Shown: in pieces, positions 41,314 through 50,853 of the stretch | How positions within the stretch are numbered: the first letter of the stretch is position 1 | Layout of the letters: the number at the start of each line of letters is the position of its first letter | Source of the DNA: Acidobacteriota bacterium | Lineage (GTDB): Bacteria; Acidobacteriota; Terriglobia; Acidiferrales; UBA7541 | Length of the DNA stretch: 64,000 nucleotides | NCBI GenBank assembly: GCA_046724685.1 | Contig: JBKOXA010000074.1 | Coordinates: 8,172 to 72,171, forward strand | Direction of reading: 5' to 3' | Position numbers and translations under genes: made by a program | Notes under the pieces: generated by a model | The model's input: the letters and a program-made list of their open reading frames with translations, nothing else | Database searches by the model: none | What the model was told of the DNA's origin: nothing

Positions 41314-42192
41314 TTACTGTTTTGCTTTCTTGTCTTCCGTCGCGGCCTTGGCCGCCATGGTTGCCGCCGATTTCGGCTTCCAGAAGTCAGGGTCGGACTT
41401 GATCCACTCGTCCTCCACATAGCTCATCTTCGGGTTGTAAGCAAACAGTTGCGACTGGCTGGAATCCACGGAAGCTCCGAAAAGCTCGTCCATTTTTTTC
41501 CTCCCCTCTTCACCCATCGTCGTGGCAAGTTGCTTTTCCATCATGAAGCCGCGGTCGACTTCGGCGAGGGTCTTGCGGGCCGTTAGCAGCAGGAATGTGC
41601 CGTTGTCACCGCCAAAAGCCAGCTCGAACATTCCCCAATGAGCCTCGGGATCGGCCTTTCCGTACGCTTCCTTGGCCATCTTGACCAGCTCTTGCCACTC
41701 CTTGCTCTTTCCGCCACGAACGTGAAAGACCGTGACGTCCAAAAACCGAGTATGGGAGATGTCCGACAATGGCCTGAGACTCATCTCTTCGCGGAAATAG
41801 AAAACCGCCTGATCGATGTCGTCGAGCAATTCGCCGTCGGCAGCGCCGGCGCGGTCGAGGCTGGCCGCCAAGACGGCATTCTTTGCGATACTTTGATTGT
41901 CTTTTTCCCACGCCTCAAAGGACTCGTAGCGCGTCAGGAACAAAGCTCGCTGCTTTCCTGTCAGTGAGGTCATACCGATGTAGTGCGTGGGCCACTTAGC
42001 GCGAGCCATGGCTTGCACGAAGGCGCTTTCTGCCTTGTCGTGCACCGTCCCGGCCCTTCCGGGCTTGGTGTATTCGCGAGTGATTTGTAGAACCTTGGGA
42101 ATCGAGCTGCTGGGCTTTTCCTGTGCAGCTGTTATGCAGGTACAACAGGCGATGAATGATAAGCCGATGAGCGTAGTACGGAATGTGTTCAT
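41314..42192 (-). CDS. Exported hypothetical protein with two NIPSNAP/dimeric alpha-beta barrel-like halves
   Basis: Signal peptide ending ITAA-QE and internally duplicated patterns (QITREYTKPGR / DVTVFHVRGGK). Confidence 0.65.
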   Translation of the reverse strand: MNTFRTTLIGLSFIACCTCITAAQEKPSSSIPKVLQITREYTKPGRAGTVHDKAESAFVQAMARAKWPTHYIGMTSLTGKQRALFLTRYESFEAWEKDNQSIAKNAVLAASLDRAGAADGELLDDIDQAVFYFREEMSLRPLSDISHTRFLDVTVFHVRGGKSKEWQELVKMAKEAYGKADPEAHWGMFELAFGGDNGTFLLLTARKTLAEVDRGFMMEKQLATTMGEEGRKKMDELFGASVDSSQSQLFAYNPKMSYVEDEWIKSDPDFWKPKSAATMAAKAATEDKKAKQ

Positions 42193-42447
42193 GGAAGCAA
42201 ACCTCCATTTGAGATTGGACCGAGATACAGGAAGGGCCTGACGTGCTCCGGGCCGGATTTATGCGCCATTGTTACCTGGACCAAAACCTGTCCTAAGACC
42301 GACGGAAAACCAGGATGGATACGAAATTTGACGGAAGCCTACGCGAGGTACGCGGTCACGTCAAGGGCGAGGCGCGTGAAAGCGGGCGGCTTCCCTTCCC
42401 TGACAGCCTCGCGATATCATTAGGCGAAGTGTTCACGGATTGCTTCC

Positions 42448-43632
42448 ATGACCAATTTCAGCGCATCGCCTTTTTGTTCCGTTGAAGAAGCAGTCGAAGA
42501 GATTCGCAACGGCCGGATGATCGTCCTCGTCGACGACGAAGATCGCGAGAACGAAGGCGATCTGACCATGGCCGCCGAAAAAATTACGCCGGAAGCCATC
42601 AACTTCATGGCCAAGCACGGGCGTGGACTCATCTGCCTGACACTCACCGAACAGCGCTGTGATGAGCTCCATCTCCCGCTGATGTCGCCGATTAACACGT
42701 CCGTTCATGGCACGGCGTTCTGCGAAGCGATTGATGCGCGCGTTGGCGTAACTACGGGCATTAGCGCTTCGGACCGGGCCATAACTGTTCTTACTGCCAT
42801 TGACCCAAAAACCAAGCCACAGGACCTCGCCCGCCCTGGTCACTTATTTCCATTACGCGCGCGCAATGGCGGGGTTCTCGTGCGCGCGGGACAGACCGAA
42901 GCGAGCGTGGATGTCTCGCGCATCGCTGGACTCAACGATTCGGGCGTCATCTGCGAAATTATGAATGAAGACGGCACGATGTCTCGAGTGACGCAGCTCA
43001 TCGAATTTTGCCGCGAACACAACTTGAAAATGCTCACAGTCGCTGAGCTTATCCGCTACCGCATGCAGCATGAACGGTATGTTCGCCGCATCGCGGAAAC
43101 TGTGTTGCCCACCCGATTCGGTGACTTCCGCATGATTGCTTACGCCAGCGACGTGGATCACGATCAGCATGTTGCGCTCGTTCGAGGCGATCTCGATGGC
43201 GCGGAACCCGCACTGGTGCGAGTCCACTCCCACTGTCTGACCGGCGATGTTTTCGGATCAGCGGCTTGCGATTGTCACGAACTGGTTGCGCGCTCGCTTG
43301 CCGCGATCGCGGAGAAAGACCGTGGCGTTTTCCTCTATCTGCATCACACCGGCCGCGGCTTTGGTATCGAAGCGTCGGAAGAGCCCGGCATTCTTCCGCA
43401 GATTCATATTCACGCCCGGGGCCAGCTTGATCGCTCGCCTGCCCGCCAGCGGCTTGTTCAGCATGAAAGCGGCATCGGCGCGCAAATCCTGATCGATCTC
43501 GGATTGAAGGACATTCGCGTGCTCACCAACCATCCGAAGAAAGTCGTGGCCCTAGAAGGGTACGGCATCCGCATTTCCGACCAGGTACCCCTCCGTATCG
43601 AGCACCCAAAAGAAACTCATCAGCTCTTGTGA
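42448..43632 (+). CDS. ribB: 3,4-dihydroxy-2-butanone-4-phosphate synthase fused to a degenerate GTP cyclohydrolase II domain (RibBA/RibBX-like)
   Basis: RibB motifs [12 protein letters not shown] and [10 protein letters not shown]. The GCHII-like domain has [10 protein letters not shown]...CDC but lacks the EGR, AY and DxR catalytic segments. Confidence 0.88.
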   Translation: MTNFSASPFCSVEEAVEEIRNGRMIVLVDDEDRENEGDLTMAAEKITPEAINFMAKHGRGLICLTLTEQRCDELHLPLMSPINTSVHGTAFCEAIDARVGVTTGISASDRAITVLTAIDPKTKPQDLARPGHLFPLRARNGGVLVRAGQTEASVDVSRIAGLNDSGVICEIMNEDGTMSRVTQLIEFCREHNLKMLTVAELIRYRMQHERYVRRIAETVLPTRFGDFRMIAYASDVDHDQHVALVRGDLDGAEPALVRVHSHCLTGDVFGSAACDCHELVARSLAAIAEKDRGVFLYLHHTGRGFGIEASEEPGILPQIHIHARGQLDRSPARQRLVQHESGIGAQILIDLGLKDIRVLTNHPKKVVALEGYGIRISDQVPLRIEHPKETHQLL

Positions 43633-43659
43633 GGTTTGCGTCTCAAGGAGAAGGATCTG

Positions 43660-43862
43660 CAGGCCGGCATTTGGCTTTGTTGTCGCCGGCTTTCGAGCCG
43701 TAACCGGCTTGCCGACCGTAAGGTGCTTGCGCACCTTTCCATGCGCTTCGGTCCCATTCCCTTGATCGCGCAGACATCGTCCACGCTATTGAACGGGCCA
43801 TACGACTTGCGCATTTCGTCTGCCGTTGCCGGACCAATTCCGGGACCTGCCGCGGCGCACAA
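43660..43862 (-). pseudogene. Decayed ComEA-like helix-hairpin-helix gene
   Basis: PGIGPATA...MRKSYGPFNSVDD..AIKGMGPKR HhH motifs. A frameshift near 43736 continues as RKHLTVGKP, and no signal peptide or 5' half is visible. Confidence 0.7.
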
Positions 43863-43905
43863 CGGGGTTGCTGGGTTCGGGTCGTGCTACGGGCGCGACG
43901 AGGAC

Positions 43906-45279
43906 CTAAGGCTTCCGATTCCCCTTGGCGTCATGAATTTCCAGTTCACCGAACAAAGCGGCTTGCGATTCGATCTGATTGCGATCGCCGACCACGACAA
44001 TTTGCATGTTTGCGGAGTCAAAGTAAGTTCTAGCAATGTTCAAAATATCTTCCGGCTTAAGCGCGCGCACCTTTTCGCGGTACGTTTCAAGATAATCGTC
44101 TGGCAATTCGTTGAGCGCAAGGGTGGAGACTTGCGAAAGCAGCCCGCTCTGCGTAGCGAGCCCCATGGAGAAAACACCGGTCAAATAATTCTGAGCGTCG
44201 AGCAATTCCGCTTCCGGAACCGGCACGGACCGCAACTTGTCAATTTCATAAAATATTTCCGTAAGCGAGGCAGCGACCACATCATTCCGCACGGCGGCTG
44301 AAACGGAAAAGTATCCGTGCTGTCGCATGGGACTTACGCTGCTTCGGGGGCTGTACGTATAACCCTTGTCCTCACGGATATTCATCACGAGGCGGGAATT
44401 GAATGCTCCACCATAAATACTGTTCGTAAGACCCAGCTTGATCCAGTCCGGATGTTTACGCGTGATGGCGTGGCAACCGCACAGAATTTGCGTTTGCACT
44501 GAACCGGGCAGGTCCACCAGGTACACGCGTCTGCCTTTTGGGAGCGGAGGCTTCGCGCTCTCGTGCGTCGCGGGCTTCCTGCCACGCCAGTCGCCGAACA
44601 CGTTTTCGGCGCTCTCTTGCATCGAGGCGGAGTCGAAGTCGCCGACGAGAATCAGGATGGCGTCTTCCGGCGTGTAGAAATCGCGATACACAGACTGCAA
44701 CTCTTCGCGTGTGTAGGCTGCGACCTGCGCTTCACTGGGTGAAATCTGTGCGTAGGGATGATCTCCAAAGAGAACTTTGCGGAGGCGTTCGCTTGCGAGG
44801 AATCCTGGCTGCGTGCGCTCCAGCTTCACTTCTTCCATTTTTTGGCGGCGCTCACGCTCGAATTCCATGACAGGGAACGTGGCTTCACGGGCAAGTTCGT
44901 TGACGAGCTGCAGAAGCGGTTCGGCCTGGTCGCTCAGGCCGGCAAAAGAAATCCAGCTGTTGTCCTGGCCTGCGCTGACTGAGAGATCGGCGCCGAGTCC
45001 GCGAAGGCGTTCTTCGATTTCGCGGTTTGTGTGTTTTGCCGTGCCGGTACGCACCATGGTCGCAGCCATTTCGGCGAGCGCGGTGCCGCGCGCTGCAGCA
45101 GCTGCGTTGCCTGACCGGAAATACAATTCGCCGTGAAATTTGGGTACGGTGTGCGACTCGAGAAGAATCAGTTCTAGCCCGTTCACCAGCCTCATTTTCG
45201 TTCGTTTTGGCCAGCGAACTTCGCGCTCCGGCGCGAGAGCAGGGACAGCGCTTTTGGGCCGTTGCGCTTGGGTAGCCAT
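43906..45279 (-). CDS. M16 family (pitrilysin-like) non-catalytic subunit
   Basis: M16 fold motifs (NSIYGGAFNSRLVMNIREDKGYTYS) but no HxxEH. Confidence 0.85.
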   Translation of the reverse strand: MATQAQRPKSAVPALAPEREVRWPKRTKMRLVNGLELILLESHTVPKFHGELYFRSGNAAAAARGTALAEMAATMVRTGTAKHTNREIEERLRGLGADLSVSAGQDNSWISFAGLSDQAEPLLQLVNELAREATFPVMEFERERRQKMEEVKLERTQPGFLASERLRKVLFGDHPYAQISPSEAQVAAYTREELQSVYRDFYTPEDAILILVGDFDSASMQESAENVFGDWRGRKPATHESAKPPLPKGRRVYLVDLPGSVQTQILCGCHAITRKHPDWIKLGLTNSIYGGAFNSRLVMNIREDKGYTYSPRSSVSPMRQHGYFSVSAAVRNDVVAASLTEIFYEIDKLRSVPVPEAELLDAQNYLTGVFSMGLATQSGLLSQVSTLALNELPDDYLETYREKVRALKPEDILNIARTYFDSANMQIVVVGDRNQIESQAALFGELEIHDAKGNRKP

Positions 45280-46610
45280 TACGCCGCCACCTCCGCCGGT
45301 TTGGCATGGGGCTTTCGGAAAACGATAGCGCGATTCTGCGGCTGCAAAAAGGAACGCGCGGCTTCCTGGACTTGTTCTGTAGTCACCGCGAGGAATCCGT
45401 CCAAGATCGTGTTGACGAGTTGTGCCTCTCCGTCAAACAACGTGAAGCACGCTAGCAGGTGCATCAAGCCGAATTTCGGCATGTGGCCGCCGCGACCCCC
45501 CTCCAGAGTTGCAAAGTAATCCGAGCACCACTTCACTTTGATCTGCGCGAGCTCGTTTGCGGTGATTCCCTTTTCCTGAATTTCGCGGATGATCTGATCA
45601 AAGGCACCGAGAGTCTCCTCGCTTGAGACCTCCGGTTTATGGAAAATTCGAGTGGTCATCTGGGTGGGCCCATCGTAGCCGAAAAGATCGTCAACGCCGC
45701 CGTCAGCTTCGACAGCCAGCTGCTTTTCGAGCACCAGGTCGCGATACACGCGCCCGGCGCGCCCGCCGTGGAGCACTTGATCGAGTAAGGCCATGGCGCA
45801 CCATTCAGCAGTGCGACGCTGCGGCATCAAATAGCCGATGGCCATCGCTGGCAGGGTGCCAAATTGCTCCACGACTTCCCCACGGCGCTCCTCCGTTTGT
45901 TTCGGCTCGGCAGCATCAGCAAACTTGGGCGGCTGGCCCGCCGGGATATTTCCAAAGTATTTTTCCACCAAGGCAAACCCGTCCGTGAAATTCACATCAC
46001 CGAGAATCAAAAGCACTGCGTTGTTAGGAATGTAGTACGTGCGAAAGAACGTCTGGACATCGGCCAGGCTCGCCGCATCCAGGTCGGCGAAGTCACCGTA
46101 AAAATTATGCGCATTGGCCCAATTGCGGAAAGCGACCGGGGGCATATCGAGCCAGGGAAAGCCGCCGTACGGCTGATTCATCACATTGACGCGGACTTCT
46201 TCCTTTACCACATCGCGCTGGTTGCGAAGATTTTCTTCGTCAACTTTGAGGGCGCGCATGCGATCGGCTTCAAGCCAGAGAACGCGCTCGAGGGCGTTCG
46301 ACGGCACAGCCTCGAAATAATTGGTGACATCGTGCATCGTTGAGCCGTTCAGCACTCCGCCGCTGGAGTTGACCAGCTTAATGTGCTGCATCTTTGGAGC
46401 GTTTTCTGAGCCCTGAAACATCATGTGTTCGAAAAGATGCGCGAAACCGCTGCGTCCCCGCGGCTCCAGTCGAAAGCCGATTTTGTAGTAGACGCCCACG
46501 GTAACCACCGGTGCGGTGGAGTCGGGCGCGACCACGACACGCAATCCGTTTGCGAGAGTCTTGTGTTCGATGGGAATCTGCAGTGGCTTCACGTGCTTGC
46601 CCTCCGGCAT
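45279..46610 (-). CDS. M16 family zinc peptidase, catalytic subunit
   Basis: RSGFAHLFEHMMFQGS (HxxEH), NGST, LWLEADRM, VVKEEVR. Confidence 0.9.
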   Translation of the reverse strand: MPEGKHVKPLQIPIEHKTLANGLRVVVAPDSTAPVVTVGVYYKIGFRLEPRGRSGFAHLFEHMMFQGSENAPKMQHIKLVNSSGGVLNGSTMHDVTNYFEAVPSNALERVLWLEADRMRALKVDEENLRNQRDVVKEEVRVNVMNQPYGGFPWLDMPPVAFRNWANAHNFYGDFADLDAASLADVQTFFRTYYIPNNAVLLILGDVNFTDGFALVEKYFGNIPAGQPPKFADAAEPKQTEERRGEVVEQFGTLPAMAIGYLMPQRRTAEWCAMALLDQVLHGGRAGRVYRDLVLEKQLAVEADGGVDDLFGYDGPTQMTTRIFHKPEVSSEETLGAFDQIIREIQEKGITANELAQIKVKWCSDYFATLEGGRGGHMPKFGLMHLLACFTLFDGEAQLVNTILDGFLAVTTEQVQEAARSFLQPQNRAIVFRKPHAKPAEVAA

Positions 46611-46633
46611 TGGATTGTGAACCAGACTTTTGA

Positions 46634-47485
46634 TTAAATCCTCGAAAGCTCGCCGATTGCGGCATCTGCGTCACGCGCGAGCACGCGCGCGGCTAGACGG
46701 TTCACCGCCCGGTACGCGTCCAGATATTCTAGCCCAGCCGATTTCAGCGCGACCTCGTGCATGGCGATCACGTTGTAATCGCCGCGGGCAAGTGGACCCG
46801 TCCAAGCCGCACGTGGCCCGACCCGTTCGAGGTTTTCAATCACCTGGCGGGTAAGGGGCAGGAGTGCTCTCAAAGCCTCCCGGCGTTTCATCCCCAGAGA
46901 CACGAAAATCTGAACAGCCGCCTCCTCCAGCGCCAGCATGTGGCCGGCCGCTAGCACTGCCGCGGCGTGATACAGGGGCTTTGTTGCCGCTTTTAGCAAC
47001 ACGGGTTGCCCGCCAAAAGCTCGCGTCATGGCTCGCGCGACACGGATTGCTCGAGAACTTCCTTCGATGACAAATATTCGTCCATCCAGCGCGGGCACTC
47101 CGATGCCGCTGAATGTCTGGAGCGGATGAATTGATCCGACCGCAGCGCCCAAGACATGCAAGCGGGCAAGAACCTCGGAGTTGAGTGCGCCGCTCGTGTG
47201 CAGCACTGTTTTCGCATGCCATTCTGACTCTTCAAATGAGGATAAGCGCGTGACGATTTCACTGATCGAGGACTCCGGGACAGCGATCAGGACAATAGGA
47301 GCGGCAAGAACGCTGCGTGACAATTCCGCGTGGCCGGAACCGCCGCCGATGGAACGGACCGCGCGACGCGCCGTCGCTTCGCTTCGCGTGACCACCGAGT
47401 GAATCTTCCAGCCCTGCTCGCGCAGCCGCCGGCCCAACGCGCGGCCAATTCGTCCTCCACCAACGATGGAAATTCCTGATTTCAT
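46634..47485 (-). CDS. Rossmann-like plus DUF2520 domain oxidoreductase-like protein
   Basis: VGGGRIG, LHTSGA, SIHPLQTF, YHAAAVLA, TGPLARGD. I trimmed the start to ATG at 47485. Confidence 0.85.
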   Translation of the reverse strand: MKSGISIVGGGRIGRALGRRLREQGWKIHSVVTRSEATARRAVRSIGGGSGHAELSRSVLAAPIVLIAVPESSISEIVTRLSSFEESEWHAKTVLHTSGALNSEVLARLHVLGAAVGSIHPLQTFSGIGVPALDGRIFVIEGSSRAIRVARAMTRAFGGQPVLLKAATKPLYHAAAVLAAGHMLALEEAAVQIFVSLGMKRREALRALLPLTRQVIENLERVGPRAAWTGPLARGDYNVIAMHEVALKSAGLEYLDAYRAVNRLAARVLARDADAAIGELSRI

Positions 47486-47528
47486 CTCTGTGTTAGGATA
47501 CCGTGTTGGTACCTTCGAACACCAATTC

Positions 47529-48683
47529 ATGCACTTCGTCGCCTTGCTTTTCTTCGGATTGATATTGACCTTCTGGATAGCACACGGACTGCGCGTAGCA
47601 GTGGGTGCGCTGCAGCTTCCCTGGCTCAAGGACTACGTGGCTGCGAAAGACGCAGGCTGTCCGACTGTCTCGCTGATGTTCGCGGCACGCGATGAAGAGG
47701 AGAAATTGCCGCTGGCGCTCGAAACGCTGCGGGGAATCGACTATCCAGGACTGGAAATCATCGCGGTCAATGACCGCTCGTCCGATGGCACTGCACAAAT
47801 TCTGAGTGACGCCGCGCGGCGCGATCCACGATTGAAAGTTGTGAATGTCAAGACACTTCCGGCCGGCTGGCTCGGTAAGCCACACGCTCTGCAGCGCGCC
47901 TATGAAGCATCGAGCGGCGAGTGGCTATTGTTCACCGACGCGGATGTGCGCTTTCGTGCTGATGCGATACGGCGGGCGGTGGCGCTTGCGAAAGCGAAAC
48001 AATTTGACCATCTAACGCTGATGAGCGACGTGGAAATGCACGGATTTTGGGAAAAGGTCATTTTGACCTTTTTCGGCCTGGGCTTTCACCTGGCGACGAA
48101 TCCTCGCGCCGTTTCCGATCCTCGGTCACGGGCCTACATCGGCATCGGCGCATTTCAGTTGGTGAAGCGTGTAGCGTACGAAGCGAGCGGCACGCATCGG
48201 CGGCTGTCCCTGGAAGTCGTGGACGACATGAAACTGGGAAAAATCGTGAAGCAAGCGGGATTTCGATCGGGAGCCGGCATTGCACAGAAGTTCGTAACCG
48301 TTCGGTGGCACGCAGGAGTTGGAAACATCGCTCGCGGAGTGACCAAAAACTTTTTCGCAGCCGCGGAATTCAAGCTGCCGGTTGTCGCGTTTCAGCTTGT
48401 GGGGCTTTTCTGTGTGAACGTCCTTCCGTTTCTATTGCTGCCGTTCGTGCATGGATGGACGCTGGCGCTTGCGATTGGCAGCGCCCTGATTGCCACGGGA
48501 TTCCATGCGGGAACCGCGATGGTAATGCGCGCTTCCCCTCTTTACGCGCTAACGCATCCAATCGGTGCAGCGATATTTGGCTACATGCTGTTGCGCTCGA
48601 CGGTGGTAACGATCTTGCAAGGCGGCATCGTATGGCGCGAGACGTTCTATCCACTCGAACAATTGCGCCGCGGGGTCGTCTGA
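47529..48683 (+). CDS. Membrane-anchored GT2 glycosyltransferase (HpnB/CrtQ-like)
   Basis: AARDEE, VNDRSSDGT, GWLGKPHAL, FTDADV, EVVDDMKLG, and TM helices at both ends. I trimmed the start to ATG at 47529. Confidence 0.85.
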   Translation: MHFVALLFFGLILTFWIAHGLRVAVGALQLPWLKDYVAAKDAGCPTVSLMFAARDEEEKLPLALETLRGIDYPGLEIIAVNDRSSDGTAQILSDAARRDPRLKVVNVKTLPAGWLGKPHALQRAYEASSGEWLLFTDADVRFRADAIRRAVALAKAKQFDHLTLMSDVEMHGFWEKVILTFFGLGFHLATNPRAVSDPRSRAYIGIGAFQLVKRVAYEASGTHRRLSLEVVDDMKLGKIVKQAGFRSGAGIAQKFVTVRWHAGVGNIARGVTKNFFAAAEFKLPVVAFQLVGLFCVNVLPFLLLPFVHGWTLALAIGSALIATGFHAGTAMVMRASPLYALTHPIGAAIFGYMLLRSTVVTILQGGIVWRETFYPLEQLRRGVV

Positions 48684-48692
48684 CCACTGCCG

Positions 48693-50738
48693 TCAACTTG
48701 CGGAAGTTTCGTTACCGGCCGGTTCGCGGCCGAACACACCTGCCAAATCCTGATTTTTGATGGAACGAATGCGGTCACGGAGTTGCGCGGCTTTTTCGAA
48801 TTCAAATTTCTTCGCAGCTTCGCGCATCTGTGCTTCGAGTTTGCTGAGAAGTTCAGCAACCTCGGTTTCCGTGCGGGCCGCGGCGACAGCAGCGTCGAGT
48901 TCTCCAGCCTCGAGCGGAATCGAAACGTAGTCCGCTTCGACGATTCTCGCCAAATCCATATCCACGCCCTTGACGATCGATTGCGGGATGATTCCGTTTT
49001 CTTTGTTATAAGCGACCTGCTTTTCGCGGCGCCGGTTGGTCTCTGCGATGGCCTCGTTCATGGAACGCGTTCGTGTGTCCGCATAGAGAATGGCGCGCCC
49101 CTCGACGTGGCGCGCACAACGTCCGATCGTCTGGATGAGCGAGGTCGTACTACGGAGAAACCCTTCTTTGTCGGCGTCGAGGACCGCAACGAGCGAAACC
49201 TCCGGCAGGTCAAGGCCTTCGCGCAGGAGATTGATACCAATGAGAACGTCAAATTCGCCGCGGCGGAGATCGCGCAGGATCTTGATGCGGTCGAGCGTCT
49301 CGACTTCGGAGTGCAGATAGCGGCAACGAACGCCGATTTCTGTGAAGTATTCGCTGAGATCTTCGGCCATGCGCTTGGTAAGAGTCGTGACCAGGACCCG
49401 CTCGTCCTTTTCTGAGCGAATGCGAATTTCTTCGAGCAGGTCATCTACCTGGCCTTTGACGGGACGAATTTCGATTTCAGGATCGACAAGACCAGTGGGG
49501 CGAATCACCTGTTCTACAAATACTCCGCCGGATTTCGTGAGCTCATAGGGGCCGGGCGTTGCGGAAACATAGACGATCTGGTTTGTGCGATTTTCGAATT
49601 CTTCGAAGGTCAGGGGCCGATTATCGAGGGCCGACGGCATACGGAATCCGTAATTTACCAGAGTTTCCTTTCGAGCGCGGTCGCCATGATACATGCCGCG
49701 AACCTGCGGCACCGTCTGGTGCGATTCGTCAATGAAGAGCAGATAATCCTGCGGAACATAATCGAGAAGCGTCGGTGGCGCTTCGCCAGGCAGACGGCCA
49801 CTCAAATGGCGGGAGTAGTTTTCAATCCCATGGCAGTAGCCGATGGTGCGCATCATTTCGATGTCGAAGAGCGTGCGCTGGGTGAGGCGTTGCGCCTCGA
49901 CAAATTTCCCCTGCTTTTCAAGCTCCTTTTTCCACCATCCGAGTTCTTCCTGAATAGTGACAATGGCACGCTCGCGCTGGTCCTGTGGCATCACGTAATG
50001 GGTTTTCGGATAGACAGGCACCCGCGGCAAGTCCTGCTGCCCGGGCCGGACTTCTCCAGTCAGCGGATCGATTTGCCTGAGGACGTCAATCTGGTCGCCC
50101 CACATTTCGATGCGATAGGCCTGATCTTCGTACGTTGGATAAATTTCCAGAATATCGCCGCGGACGCGGAATGTACCTCGGCGCAGATCCTCGCTGCGCT
50201 CGTACTGGATATCGACGAAGCGGCGCAGCAACGCTTCGCGCGTTGTCTGATGACCCTTTTCCAGCATCACCAGCATGCCATAGTAAGCTTCGGGCGAGCC
50301 GAGGCCGTAGATGCAACTGACCGAGGCAACGATGACAACGTCGCGGCGTTCAAAGAGCGAACGCGTTGCGCTCATGCGAAGCTTATCCAGCTCGTCATTG
50401 ATGGTGGCTTCTTTTTCGATATAGACATCTGCGGCGGGAACGTAAGCTTCCGGCTGGTAAAAATCGTAGTAACTGACGAAGTACTCGACTGCATTCTCGG
50501 GAAAGAAGGCCTTGAACTCGTGATAAAGCTGCGCGGCGAGAGTTTTGTTGTGTGCGAGGACGAGCGCGGGCCTGTTCGAAGCTTCGATGAGCTTGGCCAT
50601 CGCGAACGTCTTGCCGGATCCGGTCACGCCGAGCAGAACCTGGTGCTTTTCGCCAGCTTCGACACCGCGAATAAGCTGCTCGATTGCGGCGGGCTGATCA
50701 CCGCGAGGCTGATAAGCACTCCTGAGCTTGAAGGTCAT
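48693..50738 (-). CDS. uvrB: Excinuclease ABC subunit UvrB
   Basis: [54 protein letters not shown]. The start is MTFKL at 50738. Confidence 0.97.
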   Translation of the reverse strand: MTFKLRSAYQPRGDQPAAIEQLIRGVEAGEKHQVLLGVTGSGKTFAMAKLIEASNRPALVLAHNKTLAAQLYHEFKAFFPENAVEYFVSYYDFYQPEAYVPAADVYIEKEATINDELDKLRMSATRSLFERRDVVIVASVSCIYGLGSPEAYYGMLVMLEKGHQTTREALLRRFVDIQYERSEDLRRGTFRVRGDILEIYPTYEDQAYRIEMWGDQIDVLRQIDPLTGEVRPGQQDLPRVPVYPKTHYVMPQDQRERAIVTIQEELGWWKKELEKQGKFVEAQRLTQRTLFDIEMMRTIGYCHGIENYSRHLSGRLPGEAPPTLLDYVPQDYLLFIDESHQTVPQVRGMYHGDRARKETLVNYGFRMPSALDNRPLTFEEFENRTNQIVYVSATPGPYELTKSGGVFVEQVIRPTGLVDPEIEIRPVKGQVDDLLEEIRIRSEKDERVLVTTLTKRMAEDLSEYFTEIGVRCRYLHSEVETLDRIKILRDLRRGEFDVLIGINLLREGLDLPEVSLVAVLDADKEGFLRSTTSLIQTIGRCARHVEGRAILYADTRTRSMNEAIAETNRRREKQVAYNKENGIIPQSIVKGVDMDLARIVEADYVSIPLEAGELDAAVAAARTETEVAELLSKLEAQMREAAKKFEFEKAAQLRDRIRSIKNQDLAGVFGREPAGNETSAS

Positions 50739-50853
50739 AAGAGCAGCTCCTGCCGGTCCAGAGAGGTGCGCACAAACTTCCATTATAGCGCGTATGGCAA
50801 GCTCGCCTTTTGCTTGCCGTTAATCCTGCGGGTCGCCTTTCCGATTTCCACGT

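Noticed and set aside
42193-42447. Possible FMN riboswitch upstream of ribB (also checked before ribD and ribE)
   Set aside because: The conserved RFN sequence blocks are not present.
43636-44301. 221-aa + strand ORF after ribB, where ribH might be expected
   Set aside because: It has no lumazine synthase motifs and is antisense to the M16 gene and the comEA remnant.
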